A stretch of 64,000 nucleotides of DNA, from assembly GCF_963921235.1 (NCBI RefSeq), contig NC_086097.1, forward strand, positions 243,104,001 through 243,168,000, written 5' to 3'. The notes beneath the pieces are model-generated. The model made no database searches. It was not told the origin of the DNA and saw only the letters and a list, made by a program, of their open reading frames with translations. This document shows, piece after piece, positions 25,706-37,438 of this stretch (the first letter of the stretch is position 1; the number at the start of each line of letters is the position of its first letter). A program made the position numbers and the translations under genes. The stretch is from Mobula hypostoma (taxonomy: Eukaryota).

Positions 25706-25959
25706 CATCACTTGCTTTTACATTAATGAGCAATATCCAATCCATGTTACTGCATTATCCCAGCTCCATGTGCTTTAACAATGTTGATCAAATTTCTACA
25801 TGGAACATTTTCAAACCCTTCTGGAAATCCACCCACTAGTTCCCCTTATCTATTCTCGCAGTCACGTACTCAAAATCAGCAATTAATTCGTCATGGAGCA
25901 CCTGCGTTCTGCCCACAATGGACATCTAGAGCTCTTGGTTACATGCCAGTTGGTTAGAT

Positions 25960-26690
25960 GGCCCTGAGTCTGTCAGACTCCTGTATCCAGCACTCCCAGT
26001 GCGGTCTCATCTACATTGGCGAGATCTGACATAGATTGTGGGACCGTGTTGTTGAGTATCTTCCCTCGATCAGCAATGAGCAGGACTTTAATTCCACTGC
26101 CCATTCCTATTTGACATGTCTGTCCATGGCCTCCTCTACCGTCACCATGAGGCCAATCTCAGGGGCGAGGAGCAGCACCTCATGTTCTGTCTGGGTAGAC
26201 CTGATAGCATGAACATCGATTTCTCTAATTCTGGTAAATTCTCCCCACTCCCCTTCCATCTTTTTTCAATTCCCCATTCTGGCTCCCCTCTTAACATGTC
26301 CCATCTCCTCACCTGCCCATCACCCCTTCTGGTGCCCCTCCTCCTTCCCTTTGTCCATGGTCCACTCTTCGATGAGATTCCTCTTTCTTAAGCCATGCAT
26401 CATTTCCACCTATCACATCCAGCTTCTCACTTCATCTCCCCTCCCACACACTTACCTTTCCTCTCACCTGGTCTCACCTATCACCCTCTAGCTTTTACTC
26501 CTTCCCCTTCCTCCATTTTTTATTCCGGCTTCTTCCCCCTTCCTTCCCAGGCCTCATGAAGGGTCTTGTCCCAAAACATCAACTCTTTATTCCTATCCAT
26601 AGATGCTGCCTGACCTGCTGAGTTCCTCTGGTATTTTGTGCGTGTTGTTCTGGATTTCCAGCATCAGCAGAATCTTTTCTGTGTAATAGA
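25960..26690 (+). mobile_element. Penelope-like element 3' remnant (GIY-YIG fragment and pseudo-LTR tail)
   Basis: CGLIYIGE-type GIY-YIG DNA. Pyrimidine-rich tail with a decayed hammerhead and gatgctgcctgacctgctgagttcc. Confidence 0.75.
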
Positions 26691-27059
26691 TTAGTCATGC
26701 ATTACTTTCCCTTCACAAACCAACATTGATTTTGTCAATCTTATTGTAACACATACAAAATTCTGGAGGAACGCAGCAGGTCTAGTAAGGTCTGTGGAAA
26801 AGAGCAAACACTGGCTCTTTATTCATTTCCATAAATGCTGCCTAACGTGCTGAGACTTCCCAGCATTCTGTGTGTGAGTGTGTGTTACTCTGGATATTCA
26901 GCATCTGCAGAAATTATTGTTCAATCTTATTGTTCTTTGCATTGTTTTTAGGTTTAACATTTTTCCTTACAGATTACGCCTTCCTAATTGGTGACATTAG
27001 ACTAGCGGATCATTATGAGTTGGTATTTTATGTTGAAGTTGTATAAGACATTGGTGAAG

Positions 27060-28260
27060 CTGAATTTATTAATGTTCAATTTCGACTTTAATTGTCATTC
27101 AACTGTACATGTATACCCTTCTCTGTGGATTGTCACCTTGTCATGGTGGAGAAGCTTGTGTGGTCCTGTGATCCCGAGAGTGATGCCGTCTGGAGCTATG
27201 CTCCTGGTAGGATCACCCATGGCGGTAAGGTCGAGGGTGAGGTCCCTGACAAAGAACAATCAAACCAAGACCTCAACGATGGAACAGGCAAACGAAGTTA
27301 CTTTGAACTCAATGGCTGTGAAGGCGGATGAAAGCTGCAACAAATCCATCAGCTCCAATCGTCATGGTTTCTATGCCATTGGAATTAGTTGGGTGATTTG
27401 TGCAGTATCGTGTGCTTCTTGGAGTGTAACATCAAGTACACTTTAAACAAATACATGCACAGGCGTCTTCACTCTGTGGGCCACTTCAGAATGAAGACCA
27501 TCATCCTCAACCTCGAGGGATAGCCACAACGATGAGGACATGAATACCCATGAATACAGCCACACAAACCAGTGTTCCTCCAGGTCCAAGGTGCAAAATA
27601 CAGTACCCACAGTTATTCACAGCACAAAGCACACATAGCGCACATAAAAAAGCAGTAAAATACAGTCACACAGAAATCTCTGAGTCCATGGATGTTGTTG
27701 CAGTCTGCAGATGAACACAATACATCTTGTCTTTTACTGAGTGAACAACTGAAGGGCAACACTGACTCCAGCGTGGACACCATGCTACAATGCCTCCAGC
27801 TGTCTGGTGGCACATATCCACTCCAACGTCTCTGTCCTGAGTGGCTGCAAACAGGCACTGGTATGGTTTGAGGCCCAGGCCTTGCCGCGACCGAGGCCAC
27901 GCAGCTCCCCCGCCATCAGCACCCACCTTTTGCCAACAAAATACTGAATTGGACTTGCAGCACTCCATATTGCTAATGTCCAGCAGGGTTTTGTGAAAAG
28001 CAACAGAGGTGTTCAGGCACTGTTAGACTGCATACCACCTCAGGCACCGACTCCTCTCTGTCACAGGCAGCAGCACGATTCACGTCAAGTCCAGCTTTTT
28101 CAGTCTCTCCATCAATGAGCAACTCGCTGATGGGGTAGACCTGCGGTTTTTAATGGCAAGCAGGGTCTTGCGATCATAAAAAAAAAGCTTAAAAAAGACA
28201 ATAACAGCTTTGGGTGGCCCCGTAGATGCTGTTGCATCCGAGTGCACCGTGATCTTACTG
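27060..28260 (-). mobile_element. Non-autonomous LINE derivative (Rex1/L2-like 5' YDRKTLLAI region and 3' tail) containing an RTE-related insert at ~27112-27535
   Basis: FYDRKTLLAIK in ORF 28080..28370. The insert begins caccttgtcatggtggagaagcttg, resembling RTE/Expander 5' ends. Confidence 0.55.
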
Positions 28261-29175
28261 AAATACTCCTGTGGTAAAACCCCATCTCTTTTTCTTTTTA
28301 TGTTATTTTCCCCTAAGCCTACTTTTACCTTAAGCTCGCTAATCAATTCTAGCTCATTTGACACACCCAATCCAGAATAGCTGACCCCTCATCGGGCTCA
28401 ACCACGAGCTGCTCTACAAAGCCGTCTTGTAGGCACTCTATAAATCTCCCCCCCTTGGAATCGAGCACCATCCTGATTTTCCAATCCACCTGCATATTGA
28501 ACTCCCACATGACTATTGTAACATTGCCCTTTTGTCATGTATTTTCTATCACCTTTTGTAATTTGTAGGCCACATCTTGACTACTGTTTGGAGGTCTCTA
28601 TACAATTCTATACAACTTCCATCAGGGTCTTTTTACCCTTCCAGTTCCTTAGCTCTATCCATAAAGTTTCAATATCTTCCAACCCTATGTCTTCCCTTTC
28701 TAATGATATGATTTCATTTTTTACCGACGCAGCAACACCACCCCTCTGCCTTCTGCCTGTCCTTACATGTGTATCTATGTACGTTAAGCTGTCAGCTATA
28801 ATGTTCTTTCAGCCATGATTCAGTGATACCTACATCATACCTGCCAATCTGCAACTGTGCTCCAAGTTCATCTACCTTATTTCATGTACTGTGCACATTT
28901 AAATTAAACACCTTCCATCCTGTATTCCACTTTTTTGATTTTATCTGCCTTTTGCGTTTCAACTCACTCCATTCACTGCAATTCTGTGCTATCAACAGCC
29001 TCTCCTCACCACACATTGCCTCTGTTTATAAGTCAGCTACCTCGTCTTCAGCACTATTATCTGCCTTACCTATGATACTTATTGCATTGAAATATACACT
29101 ACTCAGGACACCGGTCACAGCATGCTCTACCTTTTGATTCCTAACTTTTTCCAAGGCCTTAGCAACCTCTCCACT

Positions 29176-31319
29176 GACTGGAAAGATACCCTAGCAGGGA
29201 TGACAGTGGATCAACAATGGCAGGTATTTCTGGGAATAATGCAGAAGGTGCAGGATCAGTTCATTCCAAAAAGGAAGAAAGATTCTAAAGGGAGTAGGGG
29301 GTGACTGTGGATGATAACGGAAGTCAAGGACAGTATAAAAATGAAAGAGAGGAAGTATAACATAGCAAGGATGAGCGGGAAGCCAGAGGATTGGGAGACT
29401 TTTAAGGAGCAACAGAAGATAATTAAAAAGGCAATACGGGAGGAAAAGATGAGGTACGAAGGTAAGCTAGCCAAGAATATAAAGGAGGATAGTAAAAGCT
29501 TCTTTAGATATGTGAAGAGGAAAAAAATTAGTTAAGACCAAAGTTGGGCCCTTGAAGACAGAAACGGGTGAAATTATTATGGGGGACAGATGAGCTGAAC
29601 AGGTACTTTGGATCTGTCTTCACTAGGGAAGACACAAACAATCTCCCAGATGTAATAGTGGCCAGGGGACCTAGGGTAATGGAGGAACTGAAGGAAATTC
29701 ACATTAGGCAGAAAATGGTGTTGGGTAACTGATGGGACTGAAGGCTGATAAATCCCCAGGGCCTGATGGTCTGCATCCCAGGGTACTTAAGGAGGTGGCT
29801 CTAGAAATCGTGGATGCATTGGTAATCATTTTCCAATGTTCTGTAGATTCAGGATCAGTTCTTGCGGATTGGAGGGTAGATAATGTTATCCCACTTTTTA
29901 AGAGAGGAGGGAGAGAGAAAACAAGCAATTATAGACCAGTTAGTCTAACATCAGTGGTGGGGAAGATGCTGGAGTCAATTATAAAAGATGAAATAGCGGC
30001 ATATTTGGATGGCAGTAACAGGATAGGTCCGAGTCAGCATGGATTTACGAAGGGGAAATTATGCTTGACTAATCTTCTGGAATTTTTTGAGGATGTAACT
30101 ATGAAAATGGACATGGGAAAGCCGGTGGATGTAGTGTACCTGGACTTTCAGAAAGCCTCTGATAAGGTCCCACATAGGAGGTTAGTGGGCAAAATTATAG
30201 AACATGGTATTGGGGGTAGGGTACTGACATGGATAGAAAATTGGTTGGCAGACACGAAACAAAGAGTAGGGATTAACGTGTCCTTTTCAGAATGGCAGGC
30301 AGTGACTAGTGGGGTACTACAAGGCTCGGTGCTGGGACCGCAGCTATTTACAATATACATTAATGATTTAGATGAAGGGATTAAAAGTAACATTAGCAAA
30401 TTTTAGATGACACAAAGCTGGGTGACAGTGTGAAATGTGAGGAGGATGTTATGAGAATGCAGGGTGACTTGGACAGGTTGGGTGAGTGGGCAGCCACATG
30501 GCAGATGCAGTTTAATGTGGATAAATGTGAGGTTATCCACTTTGGTGGCAAGAACAGGAAGGCAGATTACTATCTGAATGGTGTCAAGTTAGGAAAAGGG
30601 GAAGTACAACGAGATTTGGGTGTCCTTGTTCATCAGTCACTGAAAGTAAGCATACAGGCACAGCAGGCAATGAAGAAAGCTAATGGCATGCTGGCCTTCA
30701 TAACAAGGGGAGTTGAATCTAAGAGCAAAGATGTCTTTCTGCAGTTGTACAAGGCCCTGGTGAGACCCCACCTGGAGTATTGTGTGCAGTTTTGGTCTCC
30801 AAATTTGAGGAAGGACATTCTTGCTATGGAGGGAGTGAAGCGTAGGTTCACTGGGTTAATTCCAGGGATGGCGGGAATGTCATATGTTCAAAGATTGGAG
30901 CAACTGGGCTTGTATACACTGGAATTTAGAAGGATGAGAGGGGATCTGATTGAAACATAGAAGATTATTAAGGGATTGGATACGCTAGAGGCAGGAAACA
31001 TGTTCCCGATGTTGGGGGAGTCCAGAACCAGAGGCCACAGTTTAAGAATAAGGGGTAGACCATTTAGAGTGGAGTTGAGGAAAAACTTTTTCACACAGAG
31101 GGTTGTGGATCTGTGGAATGCTCTGCCTCAGAAGGCAGTGGAGGCCAATTCTCTGGATTCTTTCAAGAAAGAGATAGAGCTCTTAAAGGTAGCGGAGTCA
31201 AGGGGGAGAAGGCAGGAATAGGGTACTGATTGTGGATGATCAGCCATGATCACAATGAATGGCGGTGCTGGCTCGAAGGGCCGAATGGCCTACTCCTGCA
31301 CATATTGTCTATTGTCTAT
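29176..31319 (+). mobile_element. CR1 LINE, 5'-truncated (RT through tail)
   Basis: RT ORFs 29732..30406 and 30430..30960. Tail attgtctattgtctat. Confidence 0.93.
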
Positions 31320-32077
31320 CGTTCTGGCACTCTGGTTCCTATCCCTCTGCAATTCTAGTTTAAACCCCACTGTGCAGCATTAATGAACCTTCTCACTAGG
31401 ATATTGGTTCTCCCCCCACCCCCACCCCAGTTCAGGTGCAACCTGTCCCTTCTATACAGGTCCCACCTTCCCTGAAAGAAAGCCCAATGATCCAAAAATT
31501 TTATGCCCTCCCTCCGATGCCAACTCCTTAGCCACATATTAAACTGTATAATCTTCCTATTTCACTGACACGTGGTACAGGTAGCAATGCTGAGATCACA
31601 ACCCTGGAGGTCCTGCCCTTTAACTTAGCACATTAGTCCCTGAACTCCCTATGCAGAACCTTGTCACTCGTCCTACCCGTGTCATTGGTTCCTACATAGG
31701 CCACAACCTCTGGCTGTGCACCCTCCCACTTAAGAATGCTGAGGACTCGATCTGAGATGTTCCGGTCCCTGGCACCCGGGAGGCAACATACCATCAGGGA
31801 ATCTTGTCCTGGCCCATAGAACCTCCTGTCCGTTCCTCTAATGAATTCGCTATCACCACAATGTGCTTTTTCTTCCCCCCTTCCCTTCTGAGTCACAGAG
31901 CCGGATTCAATGCCAGAGACTCAACCACTGAGACTTTCCTCTGTTAGGTCATCCACTCAAAGTGATATGCCTGTTATTGAGGGAAATGGCCACAGGAGTA
32001 TTCTGCACTGGCTCCTTAATCCCCTTCACCTTCCTGACTGTCACCCAGTTTCCTGTGTCCTGCACCTTGGATGTAGC

Positions 32078-32259
32078 TGTTACGTTACTTCTATTTAAAC
32101 ATCCCGTGGGTTAACAACAAAGAATCATATTCTGGAAGAATTAGAGAACTTTTATTTATAGAAATAAACAAACACAGCTGATACATACCGGCAAACCCCA
32201 CGCATGCTCAGTACTGTCCAATCAGGAACTGGCTCATCGTTGCATGTGATATCACCACA
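32078..32259 (-). mobile_element. Short solo LTR (182 bp)
   Basis: TG...CA termini and a 5-bp TSD GTAGC/GTAAC. It interrupts CR1 ORF1 and has a minus-strand AATAAA. Confidence 0.65.
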
Positions 32260-32867
32260 GTAACTACCTCTCGACATGTCCCATCTGTCACCCCTTCAAC
32301 CTCCCGAATGATCCGGAGTTCATCCAATTCCAGCTCCAACTCCTTAACGCGGAATGTTGGAAGTTGCATCTGGAGGGACTTCCTGCATTTGTAATTATCA
32401 GGGACACTGGAGGTCTCCCTGCCTTCCCACATCCCCCAAGAGGGGCATTAAACTATCCCGCCTGGCATCTGTACTGTCCTAGCTGAGCAGATATATTGAA
32501 GGGAAGGAAAAAAATATTTAATCATGATATTTTCTTTGTTTGCTTTCTCTGAAACCTCGAAGAGCTAAAGCCTCAAGATAACGACTCTGACTCTGTCCAC
32601 TTAGACGATGGCCGTCAAGACTATGGCTGTTGTGCTTGTCCCTGCCTTCCTTTATTTTGCACTTGCTAACCAATCCCAAATGCAGATTGGTCGATGGTCA
32701 AAGCTCTATTTCGCTATAGCAACCCAAAGCTCCCTTTTCTACTTGGGCAGTGGACCTGAGTGAAATCCTCTCCTCTCAAAACTTCCAGTGTCCAGATTGG
32801 TCGCTAGTCAAAGCTATTGCCCATGTAGCAAGCTCCCCCTCTTCATGCAGCTGATGAATCCAAAGGA

Positions 32868-34270
32868 GCATAGAAACATAGAAACATAGAAAATAGGTGC
32901 AGGAGTAGGCCATTCGGCCCTTCGAGCCTGCACCGCCATTCAGTATGATCATGGCTGATCATTCAACTCAGAACCCTGTACCTGCCTTCTCTCCATACCC
33001 CCGATCCCTTTAACCACATATCTAGCTCCCTCTTAAATATAGCCAATGAACTGGCCTCAACTGTTTCCTGTGGCAGAGAATTCTACAGATTCACCACTCT
33101 CTGTGTGAAGAAGTTTTTCCTCATCTCAGTCCTAAAAGGCTTCCCCTTTATCCTCAATCTGTGACCCCTCGTTCTGGACTTCCCCAACATTGGGTACAAT
33201 CTTCCTGCTTCTAGCCTGTCCAATCCCTTTAGGATTTTATATGTTTCAATAAGATCCTCCCCTCAATCTCCTAAATTCCAGCGAGTATAAACCTAGTCGA
33301 TCCAGTCTTTCATCATATGTAAGTCCTGCCATCCCAGGAATCAATCTGGTGAACCTTCTTTGTACTCCCTCTATGGCAAGAATGTCTTTCCTCAGATTAG
33401 GGGACCAAAACTGCACACAATACTCCAGGCGTGGTCTCACTGAGGCCTTGTACAACTGCAGTAGTACCTCCCTGCTCCTGTACTCGAATCCTCTTGCTAT
33501 GAATGCCAGCATACCATTTGCTTTTTTCACCACCTGTTGTACCTGCATGCCCACTTTCAATGACTGGTGTACAATGATACCCAGGTCTCGTTGCACCTCC
33601 CCTTTTCCTAATCGGCTACCATTCAGATAATAATCTCTTTTCCTGTTTTTGCCACCAAAGTGGATAACCTCACATTTATCCACATTAAATTGCATCTGCC
33701 ATGAACTTGCCCACTCACCCAACCTATCCAAGTAACCCTGCATCCTCTTAGCATCCTCCTCACAGCTAACACTGCCGCCCAGCTTCATGTCATCTGCAAA
33801 CTTGGAGATGCTGCATTTAATTCCCTCATCTAAGTCATTAATATATATTGTTAACAACTGGGGTCCCAGCACTGAGCCTTGCGGTACCCCAGTAGTCATT
33901 GCCTGCCACTCTGAAAAGGTCCCGTTTATTCCCACTCTTTGCTTCCTGTCTGCCAACTAATTCTCTATCCACATCAATACCATACCCCCAGTACCGTGTG
34001 CTTTAAGTTTGCACACTAATCTCCTGTGTGGGACCTTGTCAAAAGCCTTTTGAAAATCCAAATATACCACATCCACTGGTTCTTCCCTATCCACTCTAGT
34101 AGTTACATCCTCAAAAAATTCTATGAGATTCGTCAGACATGATTTTCCTTTCACAAATCCATGCTGACTTTGTCAGATGATTTCACCGCTTTCCGAATGT
34201 GCTGTTACCACATCTTTGATAACTGACTAGCATTTTCCCCACCACCGATGTTAAGCTAACCGGTCTATAA
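32868..34270 (-). mobile_element. Young CR1 LINE, 5'-truncated
   Basis: RT ORFs 33246..33956 (GVPQGSVLGP, FADD) and 33957..34154. (CATAGAAA)n tail at 32868. Confidence 0.93.
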
Positions 34271-34271
34271 T

Positions 34272-34725
34272 TCCTGGCAGAGACTGATACAGCTTGGCAC
34301 CAGTGGCGTTGCAGGAATTGCCAGCCAGCATTGAAGGGCTGCCTTGGGTACTCCTGGTCTGGATTTTTCACTTTGGGTTTACTCCCAAAGCATTTCGTAT
34401 GAGTGGGTACAGCTGCAAGGCAGTGGAGGTTTGAGTTCAGAGTTTTCCTTCTCCTAGGTGAGCTGTCAACCACAGCTCATAAGTCCTCATCTGTCCAAAG
34501 CGACTGGTTTTAAGGTGCTAGTAACCTTCCTTTGCCCCTTTTCTGGTCAGTAGAAACGGTTTCAGTAGTCTTAGTAGCCAAGCCATTCATGAAGGCCAGG
34601 AGTGGGACTTGATAGTCATAGCTACTTGAGATATACACCATTGGGAACATTTAATAGGCAGTGGGTGCTTATCCCCATTACCACCTATCGGCTAGAACAG
34701 CCTTAAGGAACCAACTCAGCATTAC
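34272..34725 (-). mobile_element. RTE-related short non-autonomous element
   Basis: Minus strand carries ctaggagaaggaaaactctgaactcaaacc, a motif typical of RTE-clade 5' regions. No ORF. Confidence 0.5.
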
Positions 34726-34884
34726 GTGCTTGCTTTTATATTCTAGCTTTCCTTATCACCGACTCAGCCTGCAGGTTAACCTTTTGGGGAATCCAACAGG
34801 ATGGCTCCCAAGTTCCTTTGTACCTCTTATTTTTGAATTTTCTCCCCATTGGGAAAATAATCTATGACTTTATTCCTTCTACTT

Positions 34885-35440
34885 TAACAAGGATATAAAG
34901 CTGAGGATTTATATTGCATTGGTCAGACCACACTTGGAGTATTGTGAGCAGTTTTGGGCACCTTATCTGAGAAAAGATGTGCTGGCAATGGAAAGTGCCC
35001 AACGAGAATAATAACAGGAATGAAAGAGTTAATGTATGAGGAGCGTTTGATGGCTCTGGACCTGTACTCGCTAGAGTTTGGAAGATATTGAAAGGCCTAG
35101 ATAGAGTGGATGTGGAGAGAATGTTTCCTATAGTGCATCATTCCAGGACCAGAGGGCACAACCCCAAAATAGAGAGACATCTATGAGGAGGAATTTCTGT
35201 CACCAGATGGTGGTGAATCTTGGAAATGCATGCCACAGATGGCTGTGGGGGCAAAGTCATTGTGTATATTTAAAACGGAGGATCATAGGTTGTTGATTTG
35301 TAAGGATGTCAAAGGTTTTGGTGAGAAGGCAGAAGAATGGGGTTGAGTGGGATAATAGATTAGCCATGATGGAATAGCAGAGCAGGCTTGATAGACCGAA
35401 AGGCCTAATTCTGCTACAATGTCTTATGGCTTTATGGTCT
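34885..35440 (+). mobile_element. CR1 3' fragment
   Basis: RPHLEYCEQFWAP-coding DNA and cttatgg tail. Confidence 0.85.
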
Positions 35441-35524
35441 ATTTCCTCAATTTATCTAGACAGCCCTTCCAGGTGAGGTAAAGAATCAGGTGCAGCTCCC
35501 CCAGCCATACCATTGGCATGCCTT

Positions 35525-35716
35525 TGCATCAGCAAAACCAGATATAGACTAGGGGATTGCTTCACAGAGCACCTGTCACAGTGGCCAAGTGGAGCTATGA
35601 TAATAAACTGTTTCCGATGCGTTACATCCTAGTAAACCCCCCTTTACATCCTTTGACTAAATTTGTTGATGCAAATTTTCTGTGCCTGGAGGGCATGGCT
35701 GCTTTCCTGGCGTGCC
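35525..35716 (-). pseudogene. Pseudo-exon, copy B of the duplicated coding-like segment (acceptor AG mutated to GG, in-frame stops)
   Basis: Reads GKQPCPPGTENLHQQI* and aligns to copy A RPPGTDNLHRQFC, with differences mostly at third codon positions. Confidence 0.4.
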
Positions 35717-36900
35717 CAAGAAAGAGCATAATATTTACCCTCAGTAACCACTTTATTAGGTGCCTCCTGTACCTGATAAAATGACTACTAAGTGTATATC
35801 CATGGTCTTCTGCTGCTGTAGCCCATCCACTAAAAGGTTCGACGTGTTGTGCAATCAGAGATGTTCTGCACATGGCTGTTGTAACATATGGATATTTGAG
35901 TTACTGTCACAATCCTGAAGCAGTCTAGCATTTCTGATTTGAACTGAATTGACTTTATTTCTTACATCCTTCACATACATGAGGAGTAAAAATCTTTACG
36001 TTACATCTCCATCTAAATGTGCCATGTGCAATCATAGTAATTTATAATAAATCGAACACTCAATGTAATATAGAGTAAACTCAAATCAGCGTGAGTTCAT
36101 CAGTCTGATGGCCTGGTGGAAGAAGCTGTCCCGGAGCCTGTTAGTCTTGGCTTTTATGCTGTGGTACCATTTCCTGGATGGTAGCAGCTGGAATAGATTG
36201 TGATTGGGGTGACTCAGGTCCCCAATGATCCTACGGTCTCTCTTTACACACCTGTCCTTGTAAATGTCCTGAATCATGGGAAGTTCACAACTACAGATGG
36301 TGGTGCTGCCTGCACCACTCTCTGCAGAGTCCTGCGATTAAGGGAGGTACAGTTCCCATACCAGGCAGTGATGCAGCCAGTCAGGATGCTGTGAATTGTG
36401 CTCCTGTACAAAGTCCTTAGGATTTGGGGGCCCATACCAAACTTCCTCAACCATCTGAGGTGAAAGAGGTGCTATTGTGCCTTTTTCACCACACAGCTGG
36501 TGTGTACAGACCATGTGAGGTCCTCGGTGATGTGGATGCCGAGGAACTTGAAGCTGTTTACCCTCTCAATCCCAGATTCATTGATGTCATAGGGGTTAGC
36601 CCATCTCCATTCCTTCTATAATCCATAACCAGCTGCTTTGTTTTTGCGACATTGAGGGAGAGGTTCTTTTCTTGACACCACTGTGTCAGAGACTTCTTCC
36701 CTGTAGGCCACCTCATTATTGTTTGAGATAAGGCCAATCAATGTAGTGTCGTCAGCAAATTTAATTCACTGTCATGGTCCGGTCCATGAGGTCCGCATTC
36801 CGGTTCACGGTCCAGTCCATGGACTCAGGACTCTGGGTCTTTCAGCTGTCCCTTGTTTGACTAAATCAAAGGCACCTGATTCCCATCTTTGGGCTTGCAG

Positions 36901-37292
36901 GCTACGATCCAAGAAAAGGAAAACCTGGAAAAGCAGATAGACTTGGAAAAACAGCAATTTTAAAAGTATAACGTGCGAAACAAGATGATTTTAGGCTTAC
37001 AAGTGATGTAGATGAAATCAATGTAATTGAGGTAATGCAACTACACGAAATTGTGACAAAATTCGGGAAGAATAGCAGTTTGCGGCATTATCTAATGAGT
37101 GCATTAAGCATTCACGAGAAGTTGTAGCTACGGAGTGATGCAAATAGGGAACTGCAGGCTGAACTGGATTGTCTAAAGTAGAGAACTCCAGGACATATTT
37201 GGTTGGAACACAAGAAGTCTAGCAGGTGGTGGTAATGCACTGAAAACTGGTTGCCAACCGCCATAAAACAAAAAAAGAAGAAGAAGAAGAAG
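36901..37292 (+). mobile_element. Probable Nimb/I-group LINE 3' end with (GAA)n tail
   Basis: ggtggtggtaatgcac...ttgccaaccgccataaaac followed by (gaa)n resembles the 3' ends of fish Nimb elements. Confidence 0.55.
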
Positions 37293-37438
37293 TGTGGGCT
37301 GCTGGTTTGTCTTGTCAGTTCCCCTTGGAGCAACCTGCTGCTGGAAGGCTAGTGAAACCATTTGTGATCTCTAGGCCTGATTGGAGGACCACTGCTTCAT
37401 GGAGCCTTGCTGCCACTTGTTGGGGTAATCTTTGCGGT

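Larger units (their letters stand above)
28370..32860 (-). mobile_element. Old CR1 5' half (5' UTR, ORF1 esterase, APE start), split by a younger CR1 and a solo LTR
   Basis: ORF1 pieces 31355..31537, 31633..31896 (VCCLPGA, YVGTND) and 32208..32432. APE remnant at 28370-28900. Confidence 0.8.
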
